Position numbers and translations under genes: made by a program. Shown piece by piece: positions 10,801 through 20,624 of a stretch of 64,000 nucleotides of DNA (the stretch's first letter is position 1; each line of letters begins with the position of its first letter). This DNA is from Ensifer sp. (lineage in GTDB: Bacteria > Pseudomonadota > Alphaproteobacteria > Rhizobiales > Rhizobiaceae): positions 10,154 to 74,153 of the forward strand of contig NZ_DASYHB010000121.1 of the NCBI RefSeq assembly GCF_035999185.1, in the 5' to 3' direction. The notes under the pieces were generated by a model that did no database searches, was not told the origin of the DNA, and was given only the letters and a program-made list of their open reading frames with translations.

Positions 10801-11355
10801 ATGACATCCGAAAAGAATGATTTCAAGCGAGAGATGCTGTCGGCTCTGCCGAGCCTGCGTGCCTTCGCCATGTCTTTGATCGGTCGCCACGACCGCGCCG
10901 ACGATCTGGTGCAGGACACGATCATGAAGGCCTGGGCAAAGCAGGATCATTTCGAGATGGGCACAAACATGAAAGCCTGGCTCTTCACGATCCTGCGCAA
11001 CGAGCTTTACAGCCAGATGCGCAAGCGCGGGCGCGAGGTTCAAGACAGCGACGGACATTTCACCGAGTCGCTCGCGCACCATCCGGAACAATACGGTTCG
11101 CTCGACCTGCAGGATTTTCGCAAGGCGCTCGAGACGTTGCCGCCCGATCAGCGCGAAGCGATCATTCTCGTCGGCGCCTCGGGCTTTTCCTATGAGGAAG
11201 CGGCAACGATCTGCGGCTGTGCTCTCGGCACGATCAAGAGCCGCGTCAATCGTGCGCGCCAGCGCTTGCAGGATATTCTCCAGGTGAAGGGCGAAAACGA
11301 CTACGGACCGGATGAGACCTCCGCTCCAATTACCTCGCGCGCCTTCGTTTCCTGA
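10801..11355 (+). CDS. rpoE2: ECF sigma factor EcfG/RpoE2
   Basis: Region 2 (ADDLVQDT, AWLFTILRN) and region 4 (YEEAA...GTIKSRVNRAR). Confidence 0.93.
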   Translation: MTSEKNDFKREMLSALPSLRAFAMSLIGRHDRADDLVQDTIMKAWAKQDHFEMGTNMKAWLFTILRNELYSQMRKRGREVQDSDGHFTESLAHHPEQYGSLDLQDFRKALETLPPDQREAIILVGASGFSYEEAATICGCALGTIKSRVNRARQRLQDILQVKGENDYGPDETSAPITSRAFVS

Positions 11356-11566
11356 AGACAAGAATCCAGGCCGGACACCGTTGCAAAAGCGCCGGTGTCC
11401 TGCTTTCACTGGCGGCGCGATCCCGAAGGGATGGCCGTGGTGAAGGGTTTGGCTGACGTATGCGCGGCCTAACGATTTCGGGTCGATACGGTCCGAAATC
11501 GGGCGGGGTGCCGGCAGATGCCCGCGTGGGGATGCCGTTCACGCTCAGAGTGGGAATTGAGACCGG

Positions 11567-13069
11567 ATGCGCGTGACGAAAGACAGGACCGATCCACCTG
11601 TAGCAAGGCTGCTCGACGCACCTGAGCGCCTGGGCGTGTTGCATGCCGTCGTGCCCGACATGTCGGTGCCCGATCCGGATTTTGATGGAATCGTTGAAAT
11701 CGCTGCCGGTCTCTTCAATACGCCGATCGCCTTGGTGACGTTGATCGACCGCGAATGGCAATGGTTCAAGGCAGCGGTCGGTACGACCGAGACCCGTGCC
11801 CCTTCGGAGGAGTCGTTCTGCGTCTACGTGGCGGCGGAGGCGGACGCCAGCCTGGTCGTCCTCGACGCTGCCGCTGATCCGCGGTTCACACACCGCCCGA
11901 GGGTCGCAGGTCCGCCGTTCCTGCGCTTTTATGCCGGGGCGTCGATCCTGCTCGACGGACAGGCCGTAGGCACGGTCTGCGTTCTCGATGACAAGCCACG
12001 TGCCGATGTCCCTCAGTTGCTCGTCGACCAGCTGAACCGGCTCGCCGGGCTCGCTGCTTCCCTTTTCAAACTCAAGGACGAGGCACGAAGGCGCGCCCTG
12101 AAAGAGGCGGCGTTGTCGCGCGAAGAGCAGCGCCACGCCATGGCGCTCGAGGCGGCCAATATCGGCAGTTGGTTGTGGGATATTCGCTCCGGCGCAATCG
12201 CCGGCAACAGCGCCATGAAACGCATGTTCGGTCTGCCAGCCGAAAGCGCGGTCGGGGCCAAGGAGATCTTCGGTGCGATCAGCACGGAGGATCGCGGCGC
12301 GACATTTGCCAAGCTGCGCCAGGCGATGAAGGCCGACGAGGAATATGATGGTATGTTCCGCATCGGCGACAGCGGCCGTTGGTTGCTGGGTCGCGGTCGC
12401 GTGCACGAGCGCGACGCCAAGGGCAATCCACTCACCTTCATTGGCGTGACGATCGACGTCACCGACCAGCAGGCCTCCGTGCAGCGCACGCGGCTCCTGC
12501 TCAAGGAACTCAACCATCGGGTCAAGAACACGCTGGCGATGCTGCAATCGCTCGCCCGGCAGACGCTTCGCCAGACAAGCGACCCCGCCGAATTCATGAC
12601 CGCCTTTGCCGGCCGGCTGCAGGCGATTTCTGAAGCGCATGGACTGCTTTCCGACCATGAGTGGGGCACCATCCGGCTTGCCGACCTGATCGCCAAGCAA
12701 TTGTTGCCGCATGTCAGCTGCTATGCCGAGCAGATCGAGATCCACAAGGACGAGATATCGCTTGGACCCGACCAGGCGGTTGGCCTCGGATTGGTGCTGC
12801 ACGAGCTTGCGACCAATGCAGTCAAGTATGGCTCCTTGTCCGTGCCGAAGGGAAAGGTTGTTCTGACGGCCCGCAACATGCTGGAAGACGGCGACCATGT
12901 TCTTCACCTGACATGGACGGAAGTCGGCGGGCCGCCCGTGCGCGAGCCGAAACGACGCGGCTTCGGCTCGATCCTCATCGAGCGCAGCCTCGACAAGGTC
13001 TTGGGTAGCTCAGTCAAGGTGGAATATCTCGCAGCCGGCGTCACCGCACTCATTCGCCTGCCGCTATAG
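11567..13069 (+). CDS. Cytoplasmic GAF-PAS HWE histidine kinase (RsiC/PhyK-like)
   Basis: ELNHRVKNTLA H-box, HELATNAVKYG, WTE motif, RRGFGS; no TM segments apparent. Confidence 0.9.
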   Translation: MRVTKDRTDPPVARLLDAPERLGVLHAVVPDMSVPDPDFDGIVEIAAGLFNTPIALVTLIDREWQWFKAAVGTTETRAPSEESFCVYVAAEADASLVVLDAAADPRFTHRPRVAGPPFLRFYAGASILLDGQAVGTVCVLDDKPRADVPQLLVDQLNRLAGLAASLFKLKDEARRRALKEAALSREEQRHAMALEAANIGSWLWDIRSGAIAGNSAMKRMFGLPAESAVGAKEIFGAISTEDRGATFAKLRQAMKADEEYDGMFRIGDSGRWLLGRGRVHERDAKGNPLTFIGVTIDVTDQQASVQRTRLLLKELNHRVKNTLAMLQSLARQTLRQTSDPAEFMTAFAGRLQAISEAHGLLSDHEWGTIRLADLIAKQLLPHVSCYAEQIEIHKDEISLGPDQAVGLGLVLHELATNAVKYGSLSVPKGKVVLTARNMLEDGDHVLHLTWTEVGGPPVREPKRRGFGSILIERSLDKVLGSSVKVEYLAAGVTALIRLPL

Positions 13070-13177
13070 GTATTTGATTTTCTGCCTTCTGGTTGGCAAC
13101 AGCCGGGGGCCGATATGCGTTGCCGCAGGCTGCGACGCGCAGGAAGGCGGCGCGGAATTCCAGAAACAGGGAGTGGC

Positions 13178-13609
13178 TTAGTCGTCGCTTCGGCGCTCGC
13201 GCCGCTTGCCGGTGCCGACGAGTGCACCGATCGCAAGGGCCGTTGCCACCGCAAGCAGCGGCTGCTTGCGCAGGATGCCGGCAGCGGCCAGCAATGTCAG
13301 ATTGGTTTGCACCTGCCTGCGGCGCCGGCGTTCTTCGGCCAGGCGTCGGTCGCGCTCTTGCAGCATCACCGAGATACCGAACAGGACCAGCGCTGTGACC
13401 GCCAAGGCGATCGCGATCGCGGCTGCGGCGGCAATCGGGGAATACCGATCGCTGAGGAACAGGAACGTGGCTGCCAGCCCGAAGACATAGGCCGTGGCAA
13501 GCAGCACGCCCATGATGCCCCATAAGATTGCATTGCGCTTTACCCGCGCCGCCGTCGCGCCGATATCGGCTGCCATCAGAGCGGAAAGGGCTGCCGTCAA
13601 CGGTCCCAT
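13178..13609 (-). CDS. Small membrane protein (holin-X/YqjE-like)
   Basis: Two or three hydrophobic segments; follows a DUF883 gene as in yqjD-yqjE-type clusters. Confidence 0.65.
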   Translation of the reverse strand: MGPLTAALSALMAADIGATAARVKRNAILWGIMGVLLATAYVFGLAATFLFLSDRYSPIAAAAAIAIALAVTALVLFGISVMLQERDRRLAEERRRRRQVQTNLTLLAAAGILRKQPLLAVATALAIGALVGTGKRRERRSDD

Positions 13610-13679
13610 GCATTGCCCCCGATCGTGTGCCCGGACAGGCAGGAGAACCGCTCGTCCGTTTCAATGGCCCACATCATTT

Positions 13680-14045
13680 TCAGCGACGGAGAAGTGCTGC
13701 GACGGCAAGGCCGATCAGTGCGGCGGCTCCAAGCGTCGCAATCGGGTGCTCGCGCACTGCCTGACGGACCTGCTTTTCGGTCCCGGAATACCGTCCGCGA
13801 AGTTCGGCGAGCAGCTCTTCACCGCTGGCCAAGAGTTCGCTCACACTTGCTTCTGCCTGCTCGCGGGCGTCCTGTGCCTTGCTGCGCGCCTGCTTGGATG
13901 CCGCCGACCCACGATCGGCCAACAGGGCAACCAGCGTTGCAACGTCATCGCGCAGTTCGCTCAGCTGTTCCTCGACGGAGATGTCGGCGAGCTTGCCGTT
14001 CTTGTTAGATCGCGCGCTCGAACCGGAGAAGAGACCTGGTGCCAT
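13680..14045 (-). CDS. DUF883 / ElaB-YqjD family protein
   Basis: Coiled N-terminus and C-terminal anchor VREHPIATLGAAALIGLAVAALLRR. Confidence 0.85.
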   Translation of the reverse strand: MAPGLFSGSSARSNKNGKLADISVEEQLSELRDDVATLVALLADRGSAASKQARSKAQDAREQAEASVSELLASGEELLAELRGRYSGTEKQVRQAVREHPIATLGAAALIGLAVAALLRR

Positions 14046-14149
14046 GTTAGATACTCCCTTTCACACATGCGCCGGCCGCGAACGGTCGGCGCTGTCTCAT
14101 GGAACCGGCGGGCGCAACCATAGGGCTCGTGCCGGCGTTTCAGGAGCAC

Positions 14150-14174
14150 AACGCGCGAATGCGGAAATTGTTTC
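14150..14174 (-). promoter_or_regulatory. Candidate sigma-EcfG promoter for the DUF883 operon
   Basis: Minus strand GAAAC-N16-CGTT, one mismatch in -35. Confidence 0.45.
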
Positions 14175-14249
14175 GTTAAATCTTGGTGTTGAGAGCCTGC
14201 GGATATCCGCAGAGGCTTTGCGGGGCCTCTGCGCCTCATGGCATAGGGT

Positions 14250-15053
14250 TCAGAGCGAGGCCGTCTGCGGCAGGACGAAGGGCACGGGTGGTGCTGGTGC
14301 GACACCCACCTGCATGCGGCAGCCGAAGACGGCTTCCATCGTCTCGTCTGTCAAAACCTCGCGAGGCGCACCGCTGGCGAGAACCTTGCCGGCCTTCATC
14401 ATCACCATATGGTCGGCGAACATGGCCGTCAGGTTGAGGTCGTGCATGACAGCAACGACGCCGCCGCCGCGTTCGCAGAACTTGCGCGCAAGCTGCATGA
14501 TCCCAAGCTGGTGGCGGATGTCGAGGCTGGACACGGGCTCGTCGAGCAGAAGATAGCGCGGCTCCCCGTCGATGACCGGCTCGGCAATCTGGCAAAGGAC
14601 ACGGGCAAGCTGGACGCGCTGCTGTTCTCCGCCCGAAAGCTCCTGGTAGAAGCGGCCGGAAAAACCTGCGAGATCGACGGCGTCCAGTGCGTCGGTCGCG
14701 ATCCGGTCATGAACGCCCGGATCGGCGTTCGCGCCGGCGGCAAGGCCCAAACGGACCACTTCGCGCACGGTAAAGGGGAACGAGATGACGGTCGATTGCG
14801 GCAGCACGCCGCGCATCGACGCGAGCTCCCATGGCTTCAGACCGCGCAGGTCGCGGCCGTTGATCCGGATGGTTCCGCCGGCAGGCGCAAGCTCACCCGA
14901 AATTGCCTTCAGGGTCGTCGTCTTGCCGCAGCCGTTCGGGCCGACGATCGCCGTCAGGGCGCCAGGCAGGGCCTCAAGCGAAACCCCGTTGATGACTGGT
15001 CGTCCACCGAGCCGCACGGAGAGATTGGCAACGTTGATCATGGTTTCGTTCAC
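14250..15053 (-). CDS. hmuV: Heme ABC transporter ATP-binding protein
   Basis: GPNGCGKTT, LSGGEQQRVQLARVL, LLDEP. Confidence 0.9.
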   Translation of the reverse strand: MNETMINVANLSVRLGGRPVINGVSLEALPGALTAIVGPNGCGKTTTLKAISGELAPAGGTIRINGRDLRGLKPWELASMRGVLPQSTVISFPFTVREVVRLGLAAGANADPGVHDRIATDALDAVDLAGFSGRFYQELSGGEQQRVQLARVLCQIAEPVIDGEPRYLLLDEPVSSLDIRHQLGIMQLARKFCERGGGVVAVMHDLNLTAMFADHMVMMKAGKVLASGAPREVLTDETMEAVFGCRMQVGVAPAPPVPFVLPQTASL

Positions 15054-16168
15054 AGTCCCAAGTTCGAGCGGCCGCGCAGCAGAATCCAGAGAAAGAACGG
15101 CGCGCCGATAAAGGCGGTGACGATGCCGATCGGCAGTTCCGCCGGGGAAACAATGGTGCGGGCGATCATGTCGGCTAGGATCAACAGCGTCCCGCCGAGC
15201 AGCGCCGAAGCCGGCAGAAGATAGCGGTGATCGGGGCCGATGACGAGGCGCAGGAGATGCGGAACCACGATGCCGACAAAGCCGATGCCGCCGCTGACGG
15301 CAACGGAGGCTCCGGTGGCGGCCGCGACGCTGACGATTGCGACGTTCTTCAGCCGCTGGACCGGGATACCCATGTGGAAGGCGGCAGCTTCGCCAAGCGT
15401 GATCGCATTCAAGCCGCGCGCCAGAAACGGCGTGACGGCGAGCGAAAGCAGGATGATCGGCGCCGACGCCAGGATCTTCGTCCAGTTGGCGCCCGCAAGC
15501 GAGCCGAGACCCCAGAAGGTCAGGTCGCGCAATTGTTTGTCGTCGGCCATGAAGACCAGCACGCCGGTGACCGCGCCCGTCAGCGCCCCGAGGGCGATGC
15601 CGGCAAGCAGCAGCGTGGCGATGGACGTCTGTCCACCGCGCGTGGCGATGCGATAGAGCAGCAGCGTGGTGACAAGACCACCGGCGAAGGCGGCAATCGG
15701 CAGGGCATAAAAGCCGAAGAGCGCAAACAGCGGCCCGAAGGTCGCCGTTCCAAGCACGATCAGCAAGACGGCGCCAAGGCTCGCGCCCGAGGAGACGCCG
15801 ACGAGGCCGGGGTCTGCCAGGGGGTTGCGGAAGAGGCCCTGCATGACGACACCGGAAACGGCGAGGGAGGCGCCGACGAGCATGCCGAGCACTGCGCGCG
15901 GTAGGCGAATGTCAAGAATGATGATGCGGTCGCGCACGCTGAGCGCCTGATCGGCTTCACCGATCAGCCAGTACCAGACGTTCGACAGCGACGCGTCGGC
16001 CGCGCCGGTCATGATCGAGCCGACGAACGTCGCGATGGCTGCGGCCACAAGGGCGACGATGACGAGACGCGCCAGCCGCGAGCGGTTGCCGGAGCGCCAC
16101 TCGCTGCGGATTTCTGTTGCGAACGTCGTCAGGCGCATGCCGTGGCCCAATGCCTCACTGCGAGGCAT
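15050..16168 (-). CDS. hmuU: Heme ABC transporter permease (FecCD family)
   Basis: IRLPR, FRNPLADP, GGIGFVGIVVPH, ELPIG motifs; start estimated at 16168. Confidence 0.9.
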   Translation of the reverse strand: MPRSEALGHGMRLTTFATEIRSEWRSGNRSRLARLVIVALVAAAIATFVGSIMTGAADASLSNVWYWLIGEADQALSVRDRIIILDIRLPRAVLGMLVGASLAVSGVVMQGLFRNPLADPGLVGVSSGASLGAVLLIVLGTATFGPLFALFGFYALPIAAFAGGLVTTLLLYRIATRGGQTSIATLLLAGIALGALTGAVTGVLVFMADDKQLRDLTFWGLGSLAGANWTKILASAPIILLSLAVTPFLARGLNAITLGEAAAFHMGIPVQRLKNVAIVSVAAATGASVAVSGGIGFVGIVVPHLLRLVIGPDHRYLLPASALLGGTLLILADMIARTIVSPAELPIGIVTAFIGAPFFLWILLRGRSNLGL

Positions 16169-17105
16169 TGGCCTTCTTTCCGTAGATGGCGGCATTCAGT
16201 TCGCGAACGGCACTCGCCGTGCGCGGGCCGAAGCCGAGCAGGTGCAGGCCGTCCATGCGGATGAGTACCTTTTCCTTGGCGGCGGGCGTCAGGCTGAGCG
16301 CCGGCAGGGCGAAGATTTCGTCGGCCTTGGCGGAATGTTCGCCGCCGCGATCCATCATCAGCACCACGTCGGGCTTGGCCTCGATGATCGCCTCGTCCGT
16401 CAGCGCCTTGTAGCCGGGGAACGTGCCGACGGCGTTGACGGCACCAGAAAGCTCGATGATGCCGTTTGCAGCCGTGCCCGTTCCCGATGCCATGATCTTT
16501 CCGCCCTGGGTGCTCAGGACGAAGAGCACGCGCTTGCGCTCGGCTTGCGGACGTGCGGCGCTTTCGGCAACCGCCGCATCAAGATCGGCTTCAACCGTTT
16601 TTGCCAGGGCTTCAGCCTTGTCCTCGACGCCCAGGAAGGCGCCGATCGTGCGGATCTTGGCGGGGATGCCCGCCTTGTCGAAGGTCTCGGGCACGCTGGT
16701 GAAGGCGATGTTCGCGTCCTTCAGCACGGCCAGCGCCTCCGGCGGACCGCTGCCGTCGACGGCGACGATCGCGCTCGGGTTGACGGCGATGATGCCTTCC
16801 GGCGCGAGCTGGCGCATGTAGCCGACATCCGGAAGCGTTTTCGCCGCTTCCGGATAGGTGCTGGTGGAATCGCGGCCAACCAGGCGCGCTTCCTCGCCAA
16901 GTGCGTAGATGATCTCGGTGACGGCTCCGCCGACGGAAACGACGCGCGACACGTCGGTCTTCCCAGCGCTCTCAGCCATTGCGGGCTGGACGAAGGAGCC
17001 GGCGCCGGGTGCGACCGTCGGCAGGAGGAAAGGGGCCGACAGGGCAAAAGCTGCGAGCGCCAGTTTCCGGCGGCGAAGGCGACGGAAGTCGAGACCGTTG
17101 ATCAT
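16155..17105 (-). CDS. hmuT: Heme ABC transporter periplasmic binding protein
   Basis: RVVSVGGAVTEIIYALG, DSTS, GYMRQL (heme-ligating Tyr), GFGPR; start ATG 17105. Confidence 0.9.
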   Translation of the reverse strand: MINGLDFRRLRRRKLALAAFALSAPFLLPTVAPGAGSFVQPAMAESAGKTDVSRVVSVGGAVTEIIYALGEEARLVGRDSTSTYPEAAKTLPDVGYMRQLAPEGIIAVNPSAIVAVDGSGPPEALAVLKDANIAFTSVPETFDKAGIPAKIRTIGAFLGVEDKAEALAKTVEADLDAAVAESAARPQAERKRVLFVLSTQGGKIMASGTGTAANGIIELSGAVNAVGTFPGYKALTDEAIIEAKPDVVLMMDRGGEHSAKADEIFALPALSLTPAAKEKVLIRMDGLHLLGFGPRTASAVRELNAAIYGKKANASQ

Positions 17106-17116
17106 CTTCGCTATCC

Positions 17117-18184
17117 TTAAGCGGCAACCGTGGTGTCGAGGCGTGACATGCCTTCGGCAATTGAACGCCATTCCGGACGTTCCGCAAGACCCTCTTTCCG
17201 CTTGCCGAAGAACTGGATGATCATCTCGCCCCTGGCATCCAGCGCTTCGATCGAGGTGACGTGACCGTCTGCCGTCGGCTTGCGCACGGCCCAGAGCTCG
17301 GCGATGTGGTCGGTGCGAAGATGCAGGTGGAACGTCGGGTCCATGACGTTCAGCCACGGTCCCATCATCGCGATCTTTGCGACCGGGCCGGAATGAATCT
17401 GAATCATACCGCGGTTGCCGACGAAGCACATGATCGGAAGCTCGACTTCGGCGCTCGACGTCAGCATCGCCTCGATGCTGGACGGGTCGAGCTGCCAGGC
17501 GAAGTCTTCACCGATGTTGTGCAGCGCCTGGCGACGGCCGATCTTCAGCTTGCGCAGCATGCCGTGGAACTGATGCGTGTCGGTCAGCTTCGCCCAGCGG
17601 TCGCGCAGTTCGGCGATGTCGACGACCGTTTCCGGCTTGTCATCGCTCGAGGGAACGCTCGTGTCCGCGACAAACTCTTGCGTCTGGTCCTCGAGGCGGA
17701 AATCCGCGACGATCTTGTCGTAGGCCTCGACATTCGATGCAGCGCGCAGGTGCACCTTGTGGACGGCGTTGCCCCACTTGTCGAAGAACTGCAGGCTCTT
17801 GCGGGCTTCGCCCTTCTCGTCGGTCTTCGTGACCGCAAAGGCATGGGCCCAGGCGCTCGGGAACACGCGAAGGTCGATCTGTTCGCCAAGCACGATGCTT
17901 GCCATCTCGCCGGTGGTGATCTTCTCGTAGACGCCGATCTTTTCGTGGACGGCGCTTTCGTTGCGGGTCAGCGCCATCACTTCGCCGAGCTCTTCGACAC
18001 GCGACAGGAACCGGTTGGCATCGGCATCGATGCGCACGGCGGTCAGCCCACATTCCGCAGCAACGAGCGCGGCCTCGGAAACGCCGAGCTGGGCTGCGAT
18101 ATCACGCTCGCGCATCTTCGGGTTCTCGGCGCGGTAAGCGCGGATTTCGGAAGGAGTGGGGCGGAGGCTCTCGGTCATTTTCAT
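17117..18184 (-). CDS. hmuS: Heme-degrading/trafficking protein HmuS
   Basis: Duplicated HemS domains; TRNESAVHEK, LQFFD, GMIQIHSG, FHLHLR. Confidence 0.92.
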   Translation of the reverse strand: MKMTESLRPTPSEIRAYRAENPKMRERDIAAQLGVSEAALVAAECGLTAVRIDADANRFLSRVEELGEVMALTRNESAVHEKIGVYEKITTGEMASIVLGEQIDLRVFPSAWAHAFAVTKTDEKGEARKSLQFFDKWGNAVHKVHLRAASNVEAYDKIVADFRLEDQTQEFVADTSVPSSDDKPETVVDIAELRDRWAKLTDTHQFHGMLRKLKIGRRQALHNIGEDFAWQLDPSSIEAMLTSSAEVELPIMCFVGNRGMIQIHSGPVAKIAMMGPWLNVMDPTFHLHLRTDHIAELWAVRKPTADGHVTSIEALDARGEMIIQFFGKRKEGLAERPEWRSIAEGMSRLDTTVAA

Positions 18185-18188
18185 CTGC

Positions 18189-18368
18189 CTATTTGTTCAG
18201 GATCAGTTTGCCTTGCCGGGTGATCTTCATGCGGTAGATCGCGCCGTCGTGGGAAATGAGGATCTCGTTCTCGCTGCCGAAGAGTTCGCGACTTTCAATA
18301 ATCCTCGGCGCGCGCCCTGCCGGCGCCGGCAGGTCGGATGGACGTGCGAAATTATTGTCGTTGCTCAC
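18189..18368 (-). CDS. hmuP: Hemin uptake protein HemP/HmuP
   Basis: C-terminal ISHDGAIYRMKITRQGKLILNK HemP signature; GTG start estimated. Confidence 0.88.
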   Translation of the reverse strand: MSNDNNFARPSDLPAPAGRAPRIIESRELFGSENEILISHDGAIYRMKITRQGKLILNK

Positions 18369-18444
18369 TGCAGTTCGGCCGCTTCGAGAGGGCAGGCCGC
18401 GTTGATTTCCCCGCATTTCCTGCCACGCAATTCGTTTACTATCT

Positions 18445-18459
18445 TGACTTCATTACTCA
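18445..18459. promoter_or_regulatory. RirA IRO box between divergent hmuP and tonB units
   Basis: TGA-CTTCATTAC-TCA matches TGA-N9-TCA in an AT-rich intergenic region. Confidence 0.65.
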
Positions 18460-18579
18460 TATTTATCTATGGACGCAATACCGGACTGGCATACTCAAGT
18501 TAGTTAGTGCCGGCTTGTGGACAAGCGAGGCGCGGGCCTCGTTTTGATCGTCCGCCGCAATGTTTGGAGTGGTGCCGAT

Positions 18580-19017
18580 ATGACGTTTTCCAGCCTCCCG
18601 ATTGTTTCCGTTGCCCTTGTGGCTGTCCTTGCCGCCGGCGCCGTGCGCGCCCAGGAGGCGGCGCCGGCCGGTGCCTTGTCGATCGAACTCAATGAGGTCG
18701 CGCCGTCACAGAAGGGCTGCAAGCTCACCTTCGTTGCCGGCAACGAATTTGCGCAGTCGCTGAGCAAGGTCTCCTTCGAATTCGTGATCTTCGACCAGAA
18801 GGGCCTGGTCGAACGCATGGCGGTTCTGGATTTCCGTGATCTGCCCGCCGGCAAGACCAAGGTCCGGCAATTCGATCTTCCCGGCACCAACTGCGATGCG
18901 GTCAAGAGCTTGCTGATCAACGATGCGCCGGCCTGTGTCGGTGACGGCGTCCAGCCGAACGCTTGCATGAGCGGCATCAAGACCGGCTCGAAGTCGGCGG
19001 TCGAACTCAAGGGCTGA
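18580..19017 (+). CDS. Exported hypothetical protein with four Cys, upstream of tonB
   Basis: Signal peptide (...AVRA-QE), GGAG RBS, coherent codon usage. Confidence 0.75.
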   Translation: MTFSSLPIVSVALVAVLAAGAVRAQEAAPAGALSIELNEVAPSQKGCKLTFVAGNEFAQSLSKVSFEFVIFDQKGLVERMAVLDFRDLPAGKTKVRQFDLPGTNCDAVKSLLINDAPACVGDGVQPNACMSGIKTGSKSAVELKG

Positions 19018-19079
19018 GGCAGAACAGCCCGTTCCGGGCAAGAATTTGCGTCGCCTTGTGCGGCGAAGGTAAGGCTGTA

Positions 19080-19988
19080 ATGAAGCGTATCGTCATCTGG
19101 GCTGGGGCCGCCGTCTTCTCGCTTGCAACGCATGGCGTCGTCCTTGCGACGCTGTTCGGCGGCAATCCGCCGGAGACGCAACTCGACTTGATCGAGGGCG
19201 GGGAGAGTGTCGAAGTGGCCCTTCTCGGCGATGCCTTTGACGAGACACTTCAGGCGGGCGCCGTGTCCGACGTTGTCGAGCCCACGGAAGATGTTCCCGA
19301 AGAGGTCCAGCCGGCGGAGATACAGCCTGTCGAGGACGTGGCTCCGACGCAGGAGATCGCGGCCGAGGAACCCCATGACCTGACCGCCACGGAGGCGGAC
19401 GTCATTCTGCCGGCTGAGGAGATGCCGACCTTGCAGGTCGCCGAGGCCATCGTAACGGCGAGCGTCGCGCCAGTTGAAACGGTGGTGCCGGAAGAAAAGC
19501 CCGAGGAGCCGAAGAAGGAAAAGGTCGAGAAGCCGGAGCCGAAGAAGGAGCCGGTGAAGAAGAAAAAGGTGACCCGCAAGAAGGCCGGCGACCAGGGCGA
19601 GCAGGCGCAGAACCAGATCAAGGGCAAGCTCGACGGCGACATCAAGGGGAACTCTGCCTCTGCGACCGGCAAGAGCGGCGCCTCCCAGGTGGGCAACGCC
19701 AACATGTCCAACTACGACGGCAAGGTGCGGGCCAAGATCAATCGCCGCTACAAGATTCCGTCCGAGGCACGGCGCCAGGGTATTTCGGGAACGACGACGG
19801 TCAGCTTCACCGTCACCGCAGACGGAGCCGTATCGCGGGTAAGGGTTGCCGGCAGTTCCGGTCACCCCGTGCTCGACAGTGCCGCAGTTGACGCGGTTCA
19901 AAGAGCAGCGCCGTTTCCGCCGTTTCCGGATGGCTCCGGCATGAACTCCAAGTCCTACGCGCTTCCGGTCGTCGCCAGCGTTCGCTGA
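19080..19988 (+). CDS. tonB: TonB energy transducer
   Basis: N-terminal TM, acidic and EP/KP-rich linker, C-terminal YP-like domain (SSGHPVLDSAAVDAV, PFPP). Confidence 0.88.
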   Translation: MKRIVIWAGAAVFSLATHGVVLATLFGGNPPETQLDLIEGGESVEVALLGDAFDETLQAGAVSDVVEPTEDVPEEVQPAEIQPVEDVAPTQEIAAEEPHDLTATEADVILPAEEMPTLQVAEAIVTASVAPVETVVPEEKPEEPKKEKVEKPEPKKEPVKKKKVTRKKAGDQGEQAQNQIKGKLDGDIKGNSASATGKSGASQVGNANMSNYDGKVRAKINRRYKIPSEARRQGISGTTTVSFTVTADGAVSRVRVAGSSGHPVLDSAAVDAVQRAAPFPPFPDGSGMNSKSYALPVVASVR

Positions 19989-20034
19989 CGCCGCGGTGCG
20001 TTTTGTCCCGGCGGGTTCGGGCGCTCAAAAAATA

Positions 20035-20049
20035 TGATGAAAAAACTCA
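20035..20049. promoter_or_regulatory. Second RirA IRO-like box
   Basis: TGA-TGAAAAAAC-TCA in an AT-rich stretch upstream of the DUF2325-like gene. Confidence 0.5.
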
Positions 20050-20187
20050 AGTTTATACTTTACTCTGTTTATCAAGTTTAATAGGTTGCCCTTGTCACGC
20101 AGCCGATGGGCGTGTGTCGAGAGGATATCCCGATGTGACCGGCTGCCTGTGATGGCCCTTGTCGCACGATCAGGCGGAGAGGATTGC

Positions 20188-20601
20188 ATGCGCGGCAAGC
20201 GTCATCAGAATGCGGCAAAGAACGGCAAGGGTCGCTCGGGCTCGGAACCGGCCGAAGCTCGCCCGGAGGCCGGCAAGGCGACGCTCGAAGGGCGCAGTTT
20301 CCTTTATGTCGGCGGCCGCGATTGCCAGGTGGCGCACTTGCGCGAAATCGCCAGCTCCTTTGGTGCCGAGCTGCTTCATCATGACGGCGGCCTGCGCGAG
20401 GCGGTCTCACGCATCGACCGGGTGCTGCCGTCCGTCGACTGCGTCTTCTGCCCGATCGACTGCATCAGCCACGACGCATGTCTTCGCGTGAAGACCGGTT
20501 GCAAGAAGTGGGGCAAGGCCTTCGTGCCGCTGCGCAACGGCTCGAAATCGAGCCTGGAGCGGGCACTGCAGGACCTGACCACCAGCCGCGACCAGCGATA
20601 A
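20188..20601 (+). CDS. DUF2325-like protein
   Basis: LYVGGR...LLHHDGG...DCVFCPIDCISHDAC..VK..CK motif set; start uncertain (20086-20188). Confidence 0.75.
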   Translation: MRGKRHQNAAKNGKGRSGSEPAEARPEAGKATLEGRSFLYVGGRDCQVAHLREIASSFGAELLHHDGGLREAVSRIDRVLPSVDCVFCPIDCISHDACLRVKTGCKKWGKAFVPLRNGSKSSLERALQDLTTSRDQR

Positions 20602-20624
20602 TCCTCCGATCTGTTCCAAGACAA

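Noticed and set aside
19480-19600. Low-complexity EP/KP/KKKK stretch in TonB
   Set aside because: Normal TonB periplasm-spanning linker
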